Source of the DNA: Eledone cirrhosa
Lineage: Eukaryota
Assembly: GCA_964016885.1 (NCBI GenBank)
Contig: OZ024745.1
Location: forward strand, 39,494,001-39,558,000
Direction of reading: 5' to 3'
DNA: 64,000 bases
In this document: piece by piece, positions 51,951 through 64,000 of the stretch
Layout: every line of letters starts with the position of its first letter
Position numbering within the stretch: the first letter of the stretch is position 1
Position numbers and translations under genes: made by a program
Notes under the pieces: model-generated
Seen by the model: the letters and a program-made list of their open reading frames with translations, nothing else
Database searches by the model: none
Told to the model about the DNA's origin: nothing

Positions 51951-52339
51951 AGTAAGGAGTGCGGGACTGCGTACGGTTTATTTCTTTTAATCCAGTCAGC
52001 AAAATTACTTTGAATAAATAATGACTGAATATTACATAATTTATGTACTAAATTTCGTAACTAAATTTCGTACATATGAATATTTTAAAATTGACTTCTT
52101 TTCCAAGTTTCAAATTTCTACACTTCCGGTGTATCGCCGCTACCACCATCACTTCAACTACCATATATATAGAAAGTGGTAATAGGACAGAGTGAGTATG
52201 TGCGCGCGCGTGATTTTGTCGGCGTTCTTAAATTAGAGACGTGTGTGTGTGTCAGTTTTGAAGTTAGAGACATATATGTGTGTATCACTTCCCTTCCTTT
52301 TACACACACATACATTCACACAAACACACATACACATTT

Positions 52340-53015
52340 TTGTGATGGAAGGGTGGACAGAAACCCTCAAATGTATATACATGTGAATGGAGTTCTACTG
52401 AAGCAGCTAGAGAATTCAAGTATCTTGGAGTCGTGTTCATGAGTGATGGAAGGCAGGAGACGGAATTAAATGCAAGAATTGCAAAAGCTGATGCAGTAAT
52501 GCGCCAGCATCAGCATTCAACAATCATAAAAGGGGGGGGGGGTAGGTGTAAAAGCCAATCTCGCTGTCTTCCTGGTATTCCTGCCAACTCTTACCGAGGA
52601 TCATGAATATTGAGTAATGACCAAAACAATACAATTGCAAATAAAAGCGGCAGAAATGGGATTCCTCCGAAGGGTCTTTGGAGTAACATTACTCGATAAA
52701 TTACATAACTCAGAGACCAAAGAGTCATTCCTGGTAGAGCCGCTACTTCTCCGAATTGAAAGATCACAACGCCGATATTATGAGCATGCGGTTAGAACGT
52801 CTCAGTAAAGAATGGCTGGACACATTTTACAGGCAAAACCAATCGGCAAGAGGCCCAGGAGTAGACCCTGAGCAAGACAGTAGGATAACATTCATGAACT
52901 TGGCTGGTCACACTTTGGGATCCAGCTGGATCAGTTAGAGATGTTTGCTTCTGACAGACTCGCTGGAAGGAGTGTTTCAGAACGACCCTCTCAGAAATAA
53001 GTGGTAGAAGAAGAT
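52340..53015 (+). mobile_element. Degraded RTE-clade LINE 3' fragment
   Basis: EFKYLGVVFMSDGRQETELNARIAKA and IKAAEMGFLRRVFGVTLLDK; GAAGAAGA tail. Confidence 0.8.
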
Positions 53016-53734
53016 ATTCTCAATTTAATTTTCAATTGACATATATATATATATATTTGCGTATAATACCAATATGCACACTACTTATGCTAGCAGAAAA
53101 CCGCCCGGGGTGGATTTTCTGCTAGTTTCTATAAAGATTTTACAATTGACATTGAGAAAATATAGCATCTTAAAACCTGTGCAGTACCAATGATATCGTT
53201 GCACCTGAAATGATAAAAAAGGGAACTGAAAAATATTTGAACCAGATAGCCTAAACGACTGCTAGACATACAGAAAAGAGTACTGACTGACACTAACCGT
53301 GTCCCATGAAGGGCATTATTAATTGAAATGCCTTGCAAATATATTTAATGTTGTTTATACTCTTATGGCATCCGTTGTATTACAATTGACTGTAAATTGT
53401 GTGTATTACAACATTTACCCTCAGGTGTCAGTTTATCAATAGGCATGATTTGGGAAAGAAGCATAAATCAAAGGAGGTTTCAAGAGCAATAATAATATAT
53501 GGAAATGTAAAATATATCTAAACATGAGGTGTGGGTGCGATGCAAGTTTTATTGATCGACAACATTCTCATTCTAGGTGAGAATTGTTTATTGGTCTTTA
53601 AAAACAGACATAGGGTTGGGGTGAGACGAGGATGTTGGTAATGGTTGGAAGCTGTAGAAGCGTATAGACAAATATTTACGCACAGGCTTATATCTATGTA
53701 AGCTTCTACGTTCTTTAATGTCAGACTGTGTGTA

Positions 53735-53819
<85 letters not shown>

Positions 53820-53820
53820 G

Positions 53821-54036
53821 TTTACACGAATTCTTAGGATAAGATAACGTCTACAGCAAATATATCAAGCACAAATGCATATAAAATTATATATATATAT
53901 ATACATGGACAGACACACGCGCACGTAAATATAGTTATATACACACACAGATACACCACTCACACACACACGTAGACACTTATATAAATATTTATTCGTA
54001 CATTATTTCGCCTTAATAATATATATATTTATTTAT

Positions 54037-54123
<87 letters not shown>

Positions 54124-54310
54124 AATATATATATATATATTTATATATATATATATATATATAAATATATAAATATATATATAAATAAATATATATATTA
54201 TTAAGGCGAAATAATGTACAAATAAATATTTATATAAGTGTCTACGTGTGTGTGTGAGGGGTGTGTCTGTGTGTGTATATAACTATATTTACGTGCGCGT
54301 GTGTCTGTCC

Positions 54311-54386
<76 letters not shown>

Positions 54387-54447
54387 ATATGCATTTGTGC
54401 TTGATATATTTGCTGTAGACGTTATCTTATCCTCCGAATTCGTGTAA
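53821..54447. repeat. Inverted repeat, ~200-bp arms, separated and flanked by TA-rich tracts
   Basis: 53821-54020 is reverse-complementary to ~54196-54447 with few differences apart from (TA)n length. Confidence 0.85.
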
Positions 54448-56758
54448 AACATATAATCTAATATCGGTCAAACGAATTTTAACCTATATTTTCTTGTATC
54501 AAGTTGTTTTTTGACGGGATGTTAGTAATAATGATTATTACAGTCAGCAGCATAAGAGGGGATGTTGCATAAGGCGTTTAATTTAGATTTACCTATGTGC
54601 GTGCAAGTATCACCGACACCAAATTAGTTTTAATTATTTCGGAGTAGATATGAAAAAAATAGGTAGGAGGAAAGCGCGGTGGAGATAATCAATTGTACGG
54701 CTAATTCTGCTATACCAAGGGATATTCACTACGGTACACGTATCCAGATCGCTGGAACTATTGCCGGATAAATACTTTCAATCTTTTACCCTACAGAAGA
54801 ACTATAATTATTCGGTCTGACTTATACTTCCAAACATGTAGCTTCTCTCTAAACCATTCAATGAGTTTTTTTTATCAGCAGCCTTTCGACCTGCGACATG
54901 ATACGAAGTATATTCTTGGCACTAATCTCAAATGCGCACAGAGATATAAAAGCATGTACATGAAAGCATGTGCATGAACACCCACACACACACATAACAC
55001 ACTGTCACTATCGGTTCTGACAAGGATATTTTTCTGTTAACCGATATTATTTCGGATGAGATCGTATAACATTTGAACGTGTAATGACATGTATGTAACT
55101 GGGGGCATATGTACATCAAAATTAAATTGAGTGGGCTTTATTTGATTTATTTAAAATATAGGTCTGTGCAAACGAGTGAGACGTTACATATTTAAAAACG
55201 GATGTTCAGGAGAAATGTGAATTTCATTGAAGGGGGCTTGTTGTCGGATGGAAACGGTGGTGTCTGTTCTGCTTGTCTAACTATTTCTGATAATCCTCAG
55301 CCTCTAAAACAGAACGCGAGTCCTTATAATCAATGTAATATTATGAATCTTTGATTTAAAATTCCCATAGTTCTATTACAAGCACATGCATTGGAATCGA
55401 AGAAAATGGGATAATAGTATAGTGGATTTGTTAAGACAGGAGTGGCATTCAGTGAATATATATTATATAGAGAAGGATGAACATACTTTGCTGTTGATAG
55501 TGACATTATTGCCAATAAATATGTCATGAGTATTTGATATAGTGAAAATAAAATATTTTTTGGTTCAAAATTATGTAGGTTACTAGGATTACAGTTTTGC
55601 CTCTTATATCATCGAAAAGGCTGGGCAAATAGTTTCAACCTTCATTTTCGCAGAGCTGATGATTGCCTTTGTCTTGATAGCCCCTCCCTCAAATAATGGT
55701 AACATACACTTGGAAGGGAATAAACCTTGATAATGAGCATTCTCCTTCTCGGATTTCATTCAAAACATTTAACTTCTATTAACAATAAACAAATTATTCT
55801 TATATGTGTATGTGTATATTTTCACGACAGCTGTCATTATCTAGCACAATAAATAAGAAATTAGACACTGTTCATTGATCTTCACCTAGAGACTGATAAT
55901 CCTTGCATGTACGCAATCTAACCCATATCGCTTGTATATGTGATAACCTGTTTGCAAATCCGTAAGATTATTTTAATTGTTACATTCCAAAATAATAAAC
56001 GTTGTCACCTCTATTCAGTGACCTTTCGATATCTCGCCTACGCTAATAATCACAATTCCCGCACACATTTATACAGTGAACATTTTTCAGAAAATACAAA
56101 AAATAAATTTGAGAATCTCATCTTTTCTTCTTATGAAAAAGATTTCTATACACACACAGTATAGTTATTCATCACTCCTCCCCACAACGTTTTTTATATA
56201 TCCTCAATAATCCCTAAACGCCCCAGTCTAAGATATATCTTCTCCTGTGATATATCAGTCCCGAAAAATTGCGTTCTATTTCTGCCCACTATATAGGAAG
56301 TTTCTAATTCGATAGTATAACATTTACCAACGCATATTACATTTCGATTCCTCAGACTGATTTCTACCACGCAATCTGTTAAAAGAGGCTGGTGATAGAA
56401 ACCATGAAAATATAGATTTGCAGTGGATTGATTTTACTTACTGAAAAACCGGTACCCGATAACGTGCACGAATTTTGTGTTTTAATAAATTCATTGATAT
56501 TTTCAACCGATGTCATTGAAGCTCCTCAACGGGCGCCTCCATGAAATCCCATAACCCAGACTAGGAATGTCTGCGTCATAGTCTATACAAGTGTATATAA
56601 GCAAGAAATATAACTGTATTCGTATCATTTAATTGTTTATAATTATTCTTCCTTGAAATCATCCAATATTGCTCTTAGAATTACTGTTGTTTAGTTATTC
56701 GTTATTGTTGTTGTTGCTACTCTTGATGGTGTTAGTATAGGGTGGAGTAAAAGGATTA

Positions 56759-56800
<42 letters not shown>

Positions 56801-56804
<4 letters not shown>

Positions 56805-57305
56805 ATGTATGACCCTGACAGCAGAGCTCAAGTCGTTTCGACGGGTATTTCTGGACTCTGACTCTCGGCTTGAGCTCTGCCGTAGGGGTCATACATTTTC
56901 TTATTACATACTCTACTACCTTAAATATTGAGTACTCTGGTGCGTTATGGTCCATCTGGTTCCTTACCACAACTCCTTCGTTATCTAGCTCCTACATCCG
57001 TAGTTGAGCACTTTCGATCCTACCACGCCATATCCTGACTTTTCCACCCAGCTCAAGTTTCATTACCCACACCATGCGGGTCGAGAAATAGCCGTCGAAA
57101 CTGTTTGAGCTCTGCCGTCGGGGTCATATATCCTATTACCCACTCTACTATCCTAAGTATTGACTAATTTCGTGAGTTACGGTCCAACTGGTTCCTTACC
57201 ACAACTTCTTCGTTATATATATATATATATAACGGAGGAAATTAGGTAAGGAACCAGGTGAACCATAACGCACCAAAGTACTCAATACTTAGGGTAGTAG
57301 AGTGG

Positions 57306-57310
<5 letters not shown>
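56801..57310. mobile_element. Family B repeat: inverted arm, ~1.5 tandem ~232-bp units, inverted distal fragment
   Basis: TTCCTTACCACAAC at ~56960 and ~57192; inverted pieces at 56801-56850 and 57230-57310; (TA)n flanks. Confidence 0.8.
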
Positions 57311-57359
<49 letters not shown>

Positions 57360-57674
57360 AATAAACTAATTCCATCGGAAAAGTCCAGGAAAAAAGAGTG
57401 CTCTATGTAGGCAACAGAGCTTAATTATTATTATTATGTAATAAACAACATAAGGCAATTATTCCATTTACCAGTGGCTTCTTAAAAGCAAAAGGTTTTG
57501 CTTTCAATCCTCAGAACGGAAAAATCCTGGTTTGTTTATTGAATTTGGATTACAAACAAAAATGCAATCTATATGAAAGTGAGGCTGGAGAAGGGAGAAG
57601 GAAAGGAAAAATAAAATAAAATAAAACTACGCATACAAACACACACACAAAAAAACCCAAGCATGCTTACACAC

Positions 57675-57706
<32 letters not shown>

Positions 57707-58334
57707 GTACGCATACATACATACACATACACATATATATAAAACGTACACTTACATACACAAACACATATATATACACATATACACATACAAACATTAA
57801 TACATATACACACACGCACACACACATACACACACACACGCATATCCACACACACATATATATGTACATATATATATATATATATATACATATATATACA
57901 TATACACACATACACATACACACACATACACATGTGTGTGTACAAGCATACACATACACAAACATAGCCATACACACACACATATATATACACATACATA
58001 CATTCACACAAACATACAAAACGTACATACATACACATACATGAATGCACTCCTCTACATATTCACACACGCAAATAAATATAAGAAAAAAAAAATATAT
58101 ATATATATTTTAAAAATGTTTGACACCGATACATGACCCAGCTAACAGGACAGACACGCGTGGTAAGTAATACACACAAAAGCACGTATACATACGTACG
58201 AAATAGTAAACACATACACACACTCTCATACATAAATATACATAAACAAATACAAAAACACATACATACACATGCATACACAAACACGCACACGTATACA
58301 TATTAAACACACACACATATGTATATGTAATTAT

Positions 58335-58367
<33 letters not shown>

Positions 58368-58851
58368 CAAAACTATAAAAATATAAACGCACACACACAC
58401 ACACACACACACGCGCATATACGTAAACACACGCACAACCAAATACAAATACACACACACGCACACACACACACACAACCACACACACACATATACATAA
58501 AAAAATTATAAATACACACACACATATACATACATACATATATATATACACACACATATACACACATACGTACATATACACATATGCATACACATACACA
58601 CACACATATACATGTGTGTATGTGTGAAACTCAGTATTAGAAAAGACAAATGAACCTTACATAAACGTATATATAGTAGTAACGTTATAAAGCAACATAA
58701 GGCAATTATTCCATTCACCAGGGGTTTCTTAAAAGCAAAAAATGTTTCCTTCAGTCTTCAGAATGAAAAAAATGAAAATGAAAAAAACCTGGTTTATCCA
58801 CATATACATACATATACACACACAAATATACATATATATACACATACACAT

Positions 58852-58912
<61 letters not shown>

Positions 58913-58913
58913 C

Positions 58914-58944
<31 letters not shown>

Positions 58945-59705
58945 CATATATATATACACACAAAAATACATACACATATGCATAGGTATGTGAAGGGCAA
59001 AACAAAAAGAATATATGGGGGGGGGCTAAGAGGAGGTAAAATATAAGGGGAGGTAAGGGAGAAAAAGATTTTGTAAATATACAAGAGTACAGAAGGTAGA
59101 ATCAGCAAAATAAAAACCGTAGCAGAAGTAAAGAGCAGGGAGGGAGTTCAATGCGGTTGATTTATCATAGGAGTGTCAATCCAGTTACAGATCAGATGCG
59201 ATTTCAGATGAGGACAGCATCTGAAGATCTCAGTCTTTGAGTTAAGGCAAGCGGAAGTGGCTCTCAAGTTTAGCAAAATCCTATACTTTTCTGTGGTGCA
59301 CAAAGAACAATTCTTTGTGCCCCTTTGGTACTCGCTCGAATGGTCTAATATAGACCAATCAATAGAGTACGGGATATTACTATCCTTGAGATCCCAATAT
59401 GTGTATGTGTATGTATGTATGCGTACATATATATATATATATGTATATATGTATGTGTGTGTAAGTATGCTTGGGTTTTTTTTGTGTGTGTGTTTGCATG
59501 CGTAGTTTTATTTTATTTTATTTTTCCTTTCATTCTCCCTTCTCCAGCCTCACTTTCATATAGATTGCATTTTTTGTTTGTAATCCAAATTCAATAAACA
59601 AACCAGGATTTTTCCGTTCTGAGGATTGAAAGCAAAATCTTTTGATTTTAAGAAACCACTGGTAATGGAATAATTGCCTTATGTTGTTTATTACATAATA
59701 ATAAT
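57360..59705 (-). mobile_element. 5'-truncated Naiad-like PLE with inverted 3'-end copy
   Basis: Coding remnant at 59148-59396, CA/TA-rich 3' region with a partial direct repeat (58690-58800 versus 57445-57535), and ~300-bp inverted repeat 57428-57735 / 59397-59705. Confidence 0.75.
59148..59396 (-). pseudogene. C-terminal part of a PLE GIY-YIG domain (Naiad-like)
   Basis: Manual translation: WDLKDSNIPYSIDWSILDHSSEYQRGTKNCSLCTTEKYRILLNLRATSACLNSKTEIFRCCPHLKSHLICNW...H*; it lacks a start codon so is not in the ORF track. Confidence 0.8.
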
Positions 59706-59958
59706 ATATATATATATATATATATAAACGGAAAAGAAAATGCTGACAAATTGTTCACAGTGAAAATTAGTTTAATTAGGAATAAGTGAAAATTAGTAAT
59801 AGTATGTGTCAGTATTCAGTTTTGGTTTGAAGTTTTACCGGTTACGCATTTCTAATGCTTTTAAAAAATAATTTTGAGATAGAGCGTCCGTGATGTTTGC
59901 TCTAATCTGATTAGTTTTAGAAATTCTACCTGTTTTTATGTGGAAAAAGTGGCTCCAG

Positions 59959-60006
<48 letters not shown>

Positions 60007-60329
60007 TTTTCTTACATGATGATATTTGTAGATGCAGTGTTTGTTAAAGGTCAAAGTGAGATAGATGTTGAATAATTCTATTGAAGCGTGTCAAGACATA
60101 CACAGTTGACGAGGAAAGCATTTCATGAAAAGAAAAATACAAACATATCTTGAATGAACGATATAAAATATCAATAGAACGGGCATGAGTTACATATCAC
60201 ATTCAGGTCTTCACTGAGTTTGTAGTAAAGAATATGTCATCTACAGCATTTCAATAGTAATATATGTTATTCGACTGGTACAACAAAAATAAATTATATT
60301 CCTAGAAGTATATTCCTCTTATAACTCAT

Positions 60330-60800
60330 ATGCATGAAAAGCATCAAGAACTAATAGCTAAACCTTCTCTTCACAATTATAAGACTATGCTTGCCACCAT
60401 TTGCAATTGCCTCGAAACTTTAGGAAATTGGACTCTTTAAATCATCAGATACGATGTCTTTCCTTATTTGTTGTGGCAAATTGCGTTCAGTCCAGGTTCA
60501 ATTCCGGAAGTGACTATCTGTCATCCAGTTTCACACTATTACCTGATACGTTCTACCATCTCAATCAATACATTTTACTTCAATATTTCAGGCCAAGTCC
60601 CCTTCTTTCTTCTTATCTATTTGTCGGTCTATTACAGGCCCATGTGTACCAGAAGTTCTCTTGGATAAGCGAGAACATAAATGTGTTTACTTACATACTA
60701 TTCCGCCTAGGAAATCTTTGTTTCTCATTGTTATATAATTGGCAGTTGGTGGCCTATCGGTTATTCTCAAGAAGATGAACGGTAGTGGCAAAAGTAGTAT
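60330..60800 (-). mobile_element. Possible very old R4/Dong-like RT fragment
   Basis: KRTSGTHGPVIDRQIDKKKEGDLA patch resembles RKKSRGTKDQLLIDK...DLA; otherwise eroded. Confidence 0.3.
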
Positions 60801-61438
60801 TACCCAGCCGTTTGCGTATTCTTAGATATATACATATATAACATTTCGAAATTTCATGTATTATGTTGTTGTGTTTTTGAAAGCAGTTTATGACATATTT
60901 TGTATTGCCTTAGATGTGCTTGTAAACTCCTAATAGACACACATTGCAAATTATTATACTGATTCCCCGAATTTGTTATTTGAAGTCATTTCAACAATCG
61001 GCCTTTTGAGCTTGTTTGTACTTTTCGCAATTTTGTTTAATCCGTCGTTACTTATTTATTTTGTTCACTCACCCTAGAAGCTTTCATTACATAAATAATT
61101 GTAGATATATATTTTTTGTTAGTGCCGCATTTATTATTTACTATACGGAAACACTATTGTTATTTACCTCATAATATTGCTGATAAAATTGGTTATAAAT
61201 CAATAACAGACTTACTGGTGATCCACTATGCAATTGTCTATAGAGACAAGAGAGGGAGCTTACAATCGGAAGAAGAAATAAAAGGTTTAAATCAACATAG
61301 AAAGCATTAGTTAATATTCATGAGAAGGATAGGAGAATACAAAATACAAATCAAACCTATCATTTATACATAGAAAAATAAAGTTACAGTGTGGTGATGA
61401 CGTGGATTAGAATACTAGAATTGGAAGGCACACACGTA

Positions 61439-61524
<86 letters not shown>

Positions 61525-61824
61525 ATATTATGTGTATTCCGAGTTAATTAACTGATGCAGATAAATAAATATATCCATGTAAACACCGTATGTCAGTGTA
61601 TTACTTGAGAACATTTGTCACGAATGTAAAGAAATTTCTGATAAGACCGTATCAGAGGACTACATAACCGTTGCCATCGAAATGCATATAACAGTAATTA
61701 CTTATTAAATAGAATACGGTGAAATTCTGGCACACTGACGTCTAATTCATTACTATATATACACATTTATTATATATAAATTACTCTTGGCAATGAGAAA
61801 AAACCATTATCAAAGTTGAAATCT

Positions 61825-62060
61825 CAGTATTGGTATAGTGTCAACAACATTCTACGTGGTTTCATGCCACGTGCGTTCAGGTTTCAAATCCCGTCGAGGT
61901 TAGCTTTGGTGTTCATCCTTATGCCGTCGATAAAATAAAGTACCAGTAACGAACTAGGATCGATTCAATCGATTTTACCCTCCCAAAATCAGAAAGCATG
62001 TCGATAAAATAAAGTACCAGTAATGCACGGGGATAATTGCTGGCCTTGTGTCATTATTAT
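61825..62060 (+). mobile_element. Diverged SINE plus a second SINE 3' half
   Basis: GTCGATAAAATAAAGTACCAGTAA occurs twice. Confidence 0.75.
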
Positions 62061-63185
62061 TACAAACTATAATACTTGCCAATCCTTATACCCTATTGTG
62101 ACTTGGATTATAATAATTTATATTGATTGCTTATAGTGATATAATTTATGAATTTCTAAGATTGAACAATGCTCGCTACTCTTCTCTTGTTAAAATTGTT
62201 ATTTTCCTTCTCCAGAAGAAATTATTACAACGACAAGCTCCGGCTTTATATGAAATCAAAGCTCAATAATGTATTATCTAAATATAGAAAGAAAGAGCAT
62301 GACTATCATTCCTTGGATGATTTGTCTTTTGGTCACTAAATACTATTGTCGATCCATATGTTTAGTGTTAAAATTGTTAGCATAGGCCCAAAGCAAGAAG
62401 ATGTTGTAGAAAGAGAACAGTTGATTAAATTGATTCCAGTACTTGAATTGTAATTTATATTATCGACGCTTGCATTTTGAAAGACGGATTTGTTCGGAGA
62501 TATGACATAAACTGTTATGCAGGACAAATAATTCAATGTATTTGTGTGATATTCATGATTTTGCCAATACAACGAAATAACAATAGCTAACAATGTTTAT
62601 ACATATAATGATTTAATTGTTCCCATGAACAATGTAACATAAAAATCTGTTTCTAAATCAATCAAAGTGTTGTCAATTGCTTTAGTGAGAGGTTTAATTC
62701 AATCAGCTATAACCCGAAATAATAATGAATTTTAACTGTATGTTTAGAATAATCTTATCGACATCGTAATGACAAAGGACACCTAAGGAATATGCATCCA
62801 GTACATAGAATGTCATAAATCATTTAATTGCAAATCATTTAATCACACATATTTCATTACGTTCAACACAACACTTTCAAGAAAATTAAAGTTTATTTCT
62901 TAATCAAAGAACAGTAATTCAATTAAAAGTATTGTGACGAAATACGCCCTCAAAGTTTGCTTGTAAAGTTCGAAATTTGGAGGAGATTTTATTACAAGTC
63001 AATGTTTGGTACGTGGTATTTAAAGCAAATCGTTTCATAGTAAAAAGAAAAAAGGGTTCAAAGGTTATTTGTTTTGTGTATACATAAGTTCGTGAATTTG
63101 AAGACATGGCTCCGCCACCACGGGGTTCTGTCTCTGCATAATGTTATTGCTCAGGATTTGGCTTAGTGTATATAGTGGCGTTTGC

Positions 63186-63239
<54 letters not shown>

Positions 63240-64000
63240 GATGTAATGTGATTGTGACATAACTTACTTTTTCCATGAAACTGTATTTGAAAATATAAAT
63301 ATTGAACTCGCTAACTCGGATAAATGCGCTTGTCTTAATCAGAGCTGCTCACGCTATTGCGACAGTCTAATGATTGAAAACACTTAAAGAATATATATCT
63401 GAATAAAGAAATGTACCATATAATGCCAAGTCTCGAGAAATTCAACTGGTTGACTGACACATTACATATATCAGATATACGAAAGATACACAAACTCTCT
63501 CTCACAGACGAACACAGAAAGAGACATACACGTTCACACTCACACGCATATATATATATATAGATAGATAGATAGATAGATAGATAGACAGATAGATAAC
63601 ATAAAGTGTTATGTGTATTTATAAAGAGTGTAACCGCCACTGCAATAATACATACATTAATATACACAGCTTTAATATGTAGACATGTTAACATGCTACA
63701 ACATACGATTTTTCGTATAAATTGAAAAAAATGAAATACACATTTAATCGAAATGTGTTCCTAGTTGAGCCTTGATTAGAAGGCGCGTATATCATCTAAA
63801 CAATTGCGATGAAATATGTACTAGATGGGCTTTCCTACCCATTTACTTTTAGTTGTATTCTGAAATGGACGTTCTAATTTGAATATTAGCGTTCGTGTTG
63901 ATAGTTAAATATGATATATATTACGAAGTAGATAAAAAAGACAAAGTACAGGATCAAATGTTATCTGTATACATGGTATATTTGACCTAGACGGCGTCAA

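Noticed and set aside
54660-55310. Host exons after good-looking minus-strand acceptors (TTCTGTAG, TGTTTTAG)
   Set aside because: All three frames hit stops within a few codons; no support without transcript data.
57050-57125. Hairpin ribozyme in family B (GUUUCAUUAC, AGAAAUA and GUC resemble loop B/A motifs)
   Set aside because: Order and flanking helices do not fit the hairpin ribozyme topology.
59221-59250. Hammerhead at CTGAAGA 59221
   Set aside because: No GAAA; it is the antisense of the Naiad-like coding remnant.

Overview
Repeat-dominated, AT- and microsatellite-rich animal genomic DNA. The SINE family and the (TA)n/(CA)n/(ATT)n load suggest a mollusc, probably a cephalopod (inference). 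No intact host gene is supported. Left half: a full-length decayed RTE LINE with a 9-bp TSD, then a cluster of SINEs, an R4/Dong LINE and two tandem Tx1-clade LINEs chained through (ATT)n/(AAT)n tracts. Right half: a (TA)n-associated Penelope-like (PLE) landscape. It contains (i) a near-perfect 5.7-kb palindrome of two head-to-head, 5'-truncated but stop-free RT + GIY-YIG PLE ORFs with a hammerhead-like motif in the 3' repeat; (ii) a 3.3-kb array of a 310-bp highly structured unit carrying 11 intact-looking type I hammerhead ribozymes (9 on +, 2 in an inverted arm), i.e. a non-LTR retrozyme, plus two diverged relatives; (iii) a Naiad-like PLE 3' fragment absent from the ORF track; (iv) many small fold-back insertions with the same 3'-ends-outward geometry. 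All alignments and folds were done by eye and need computational and experimental confirmation.
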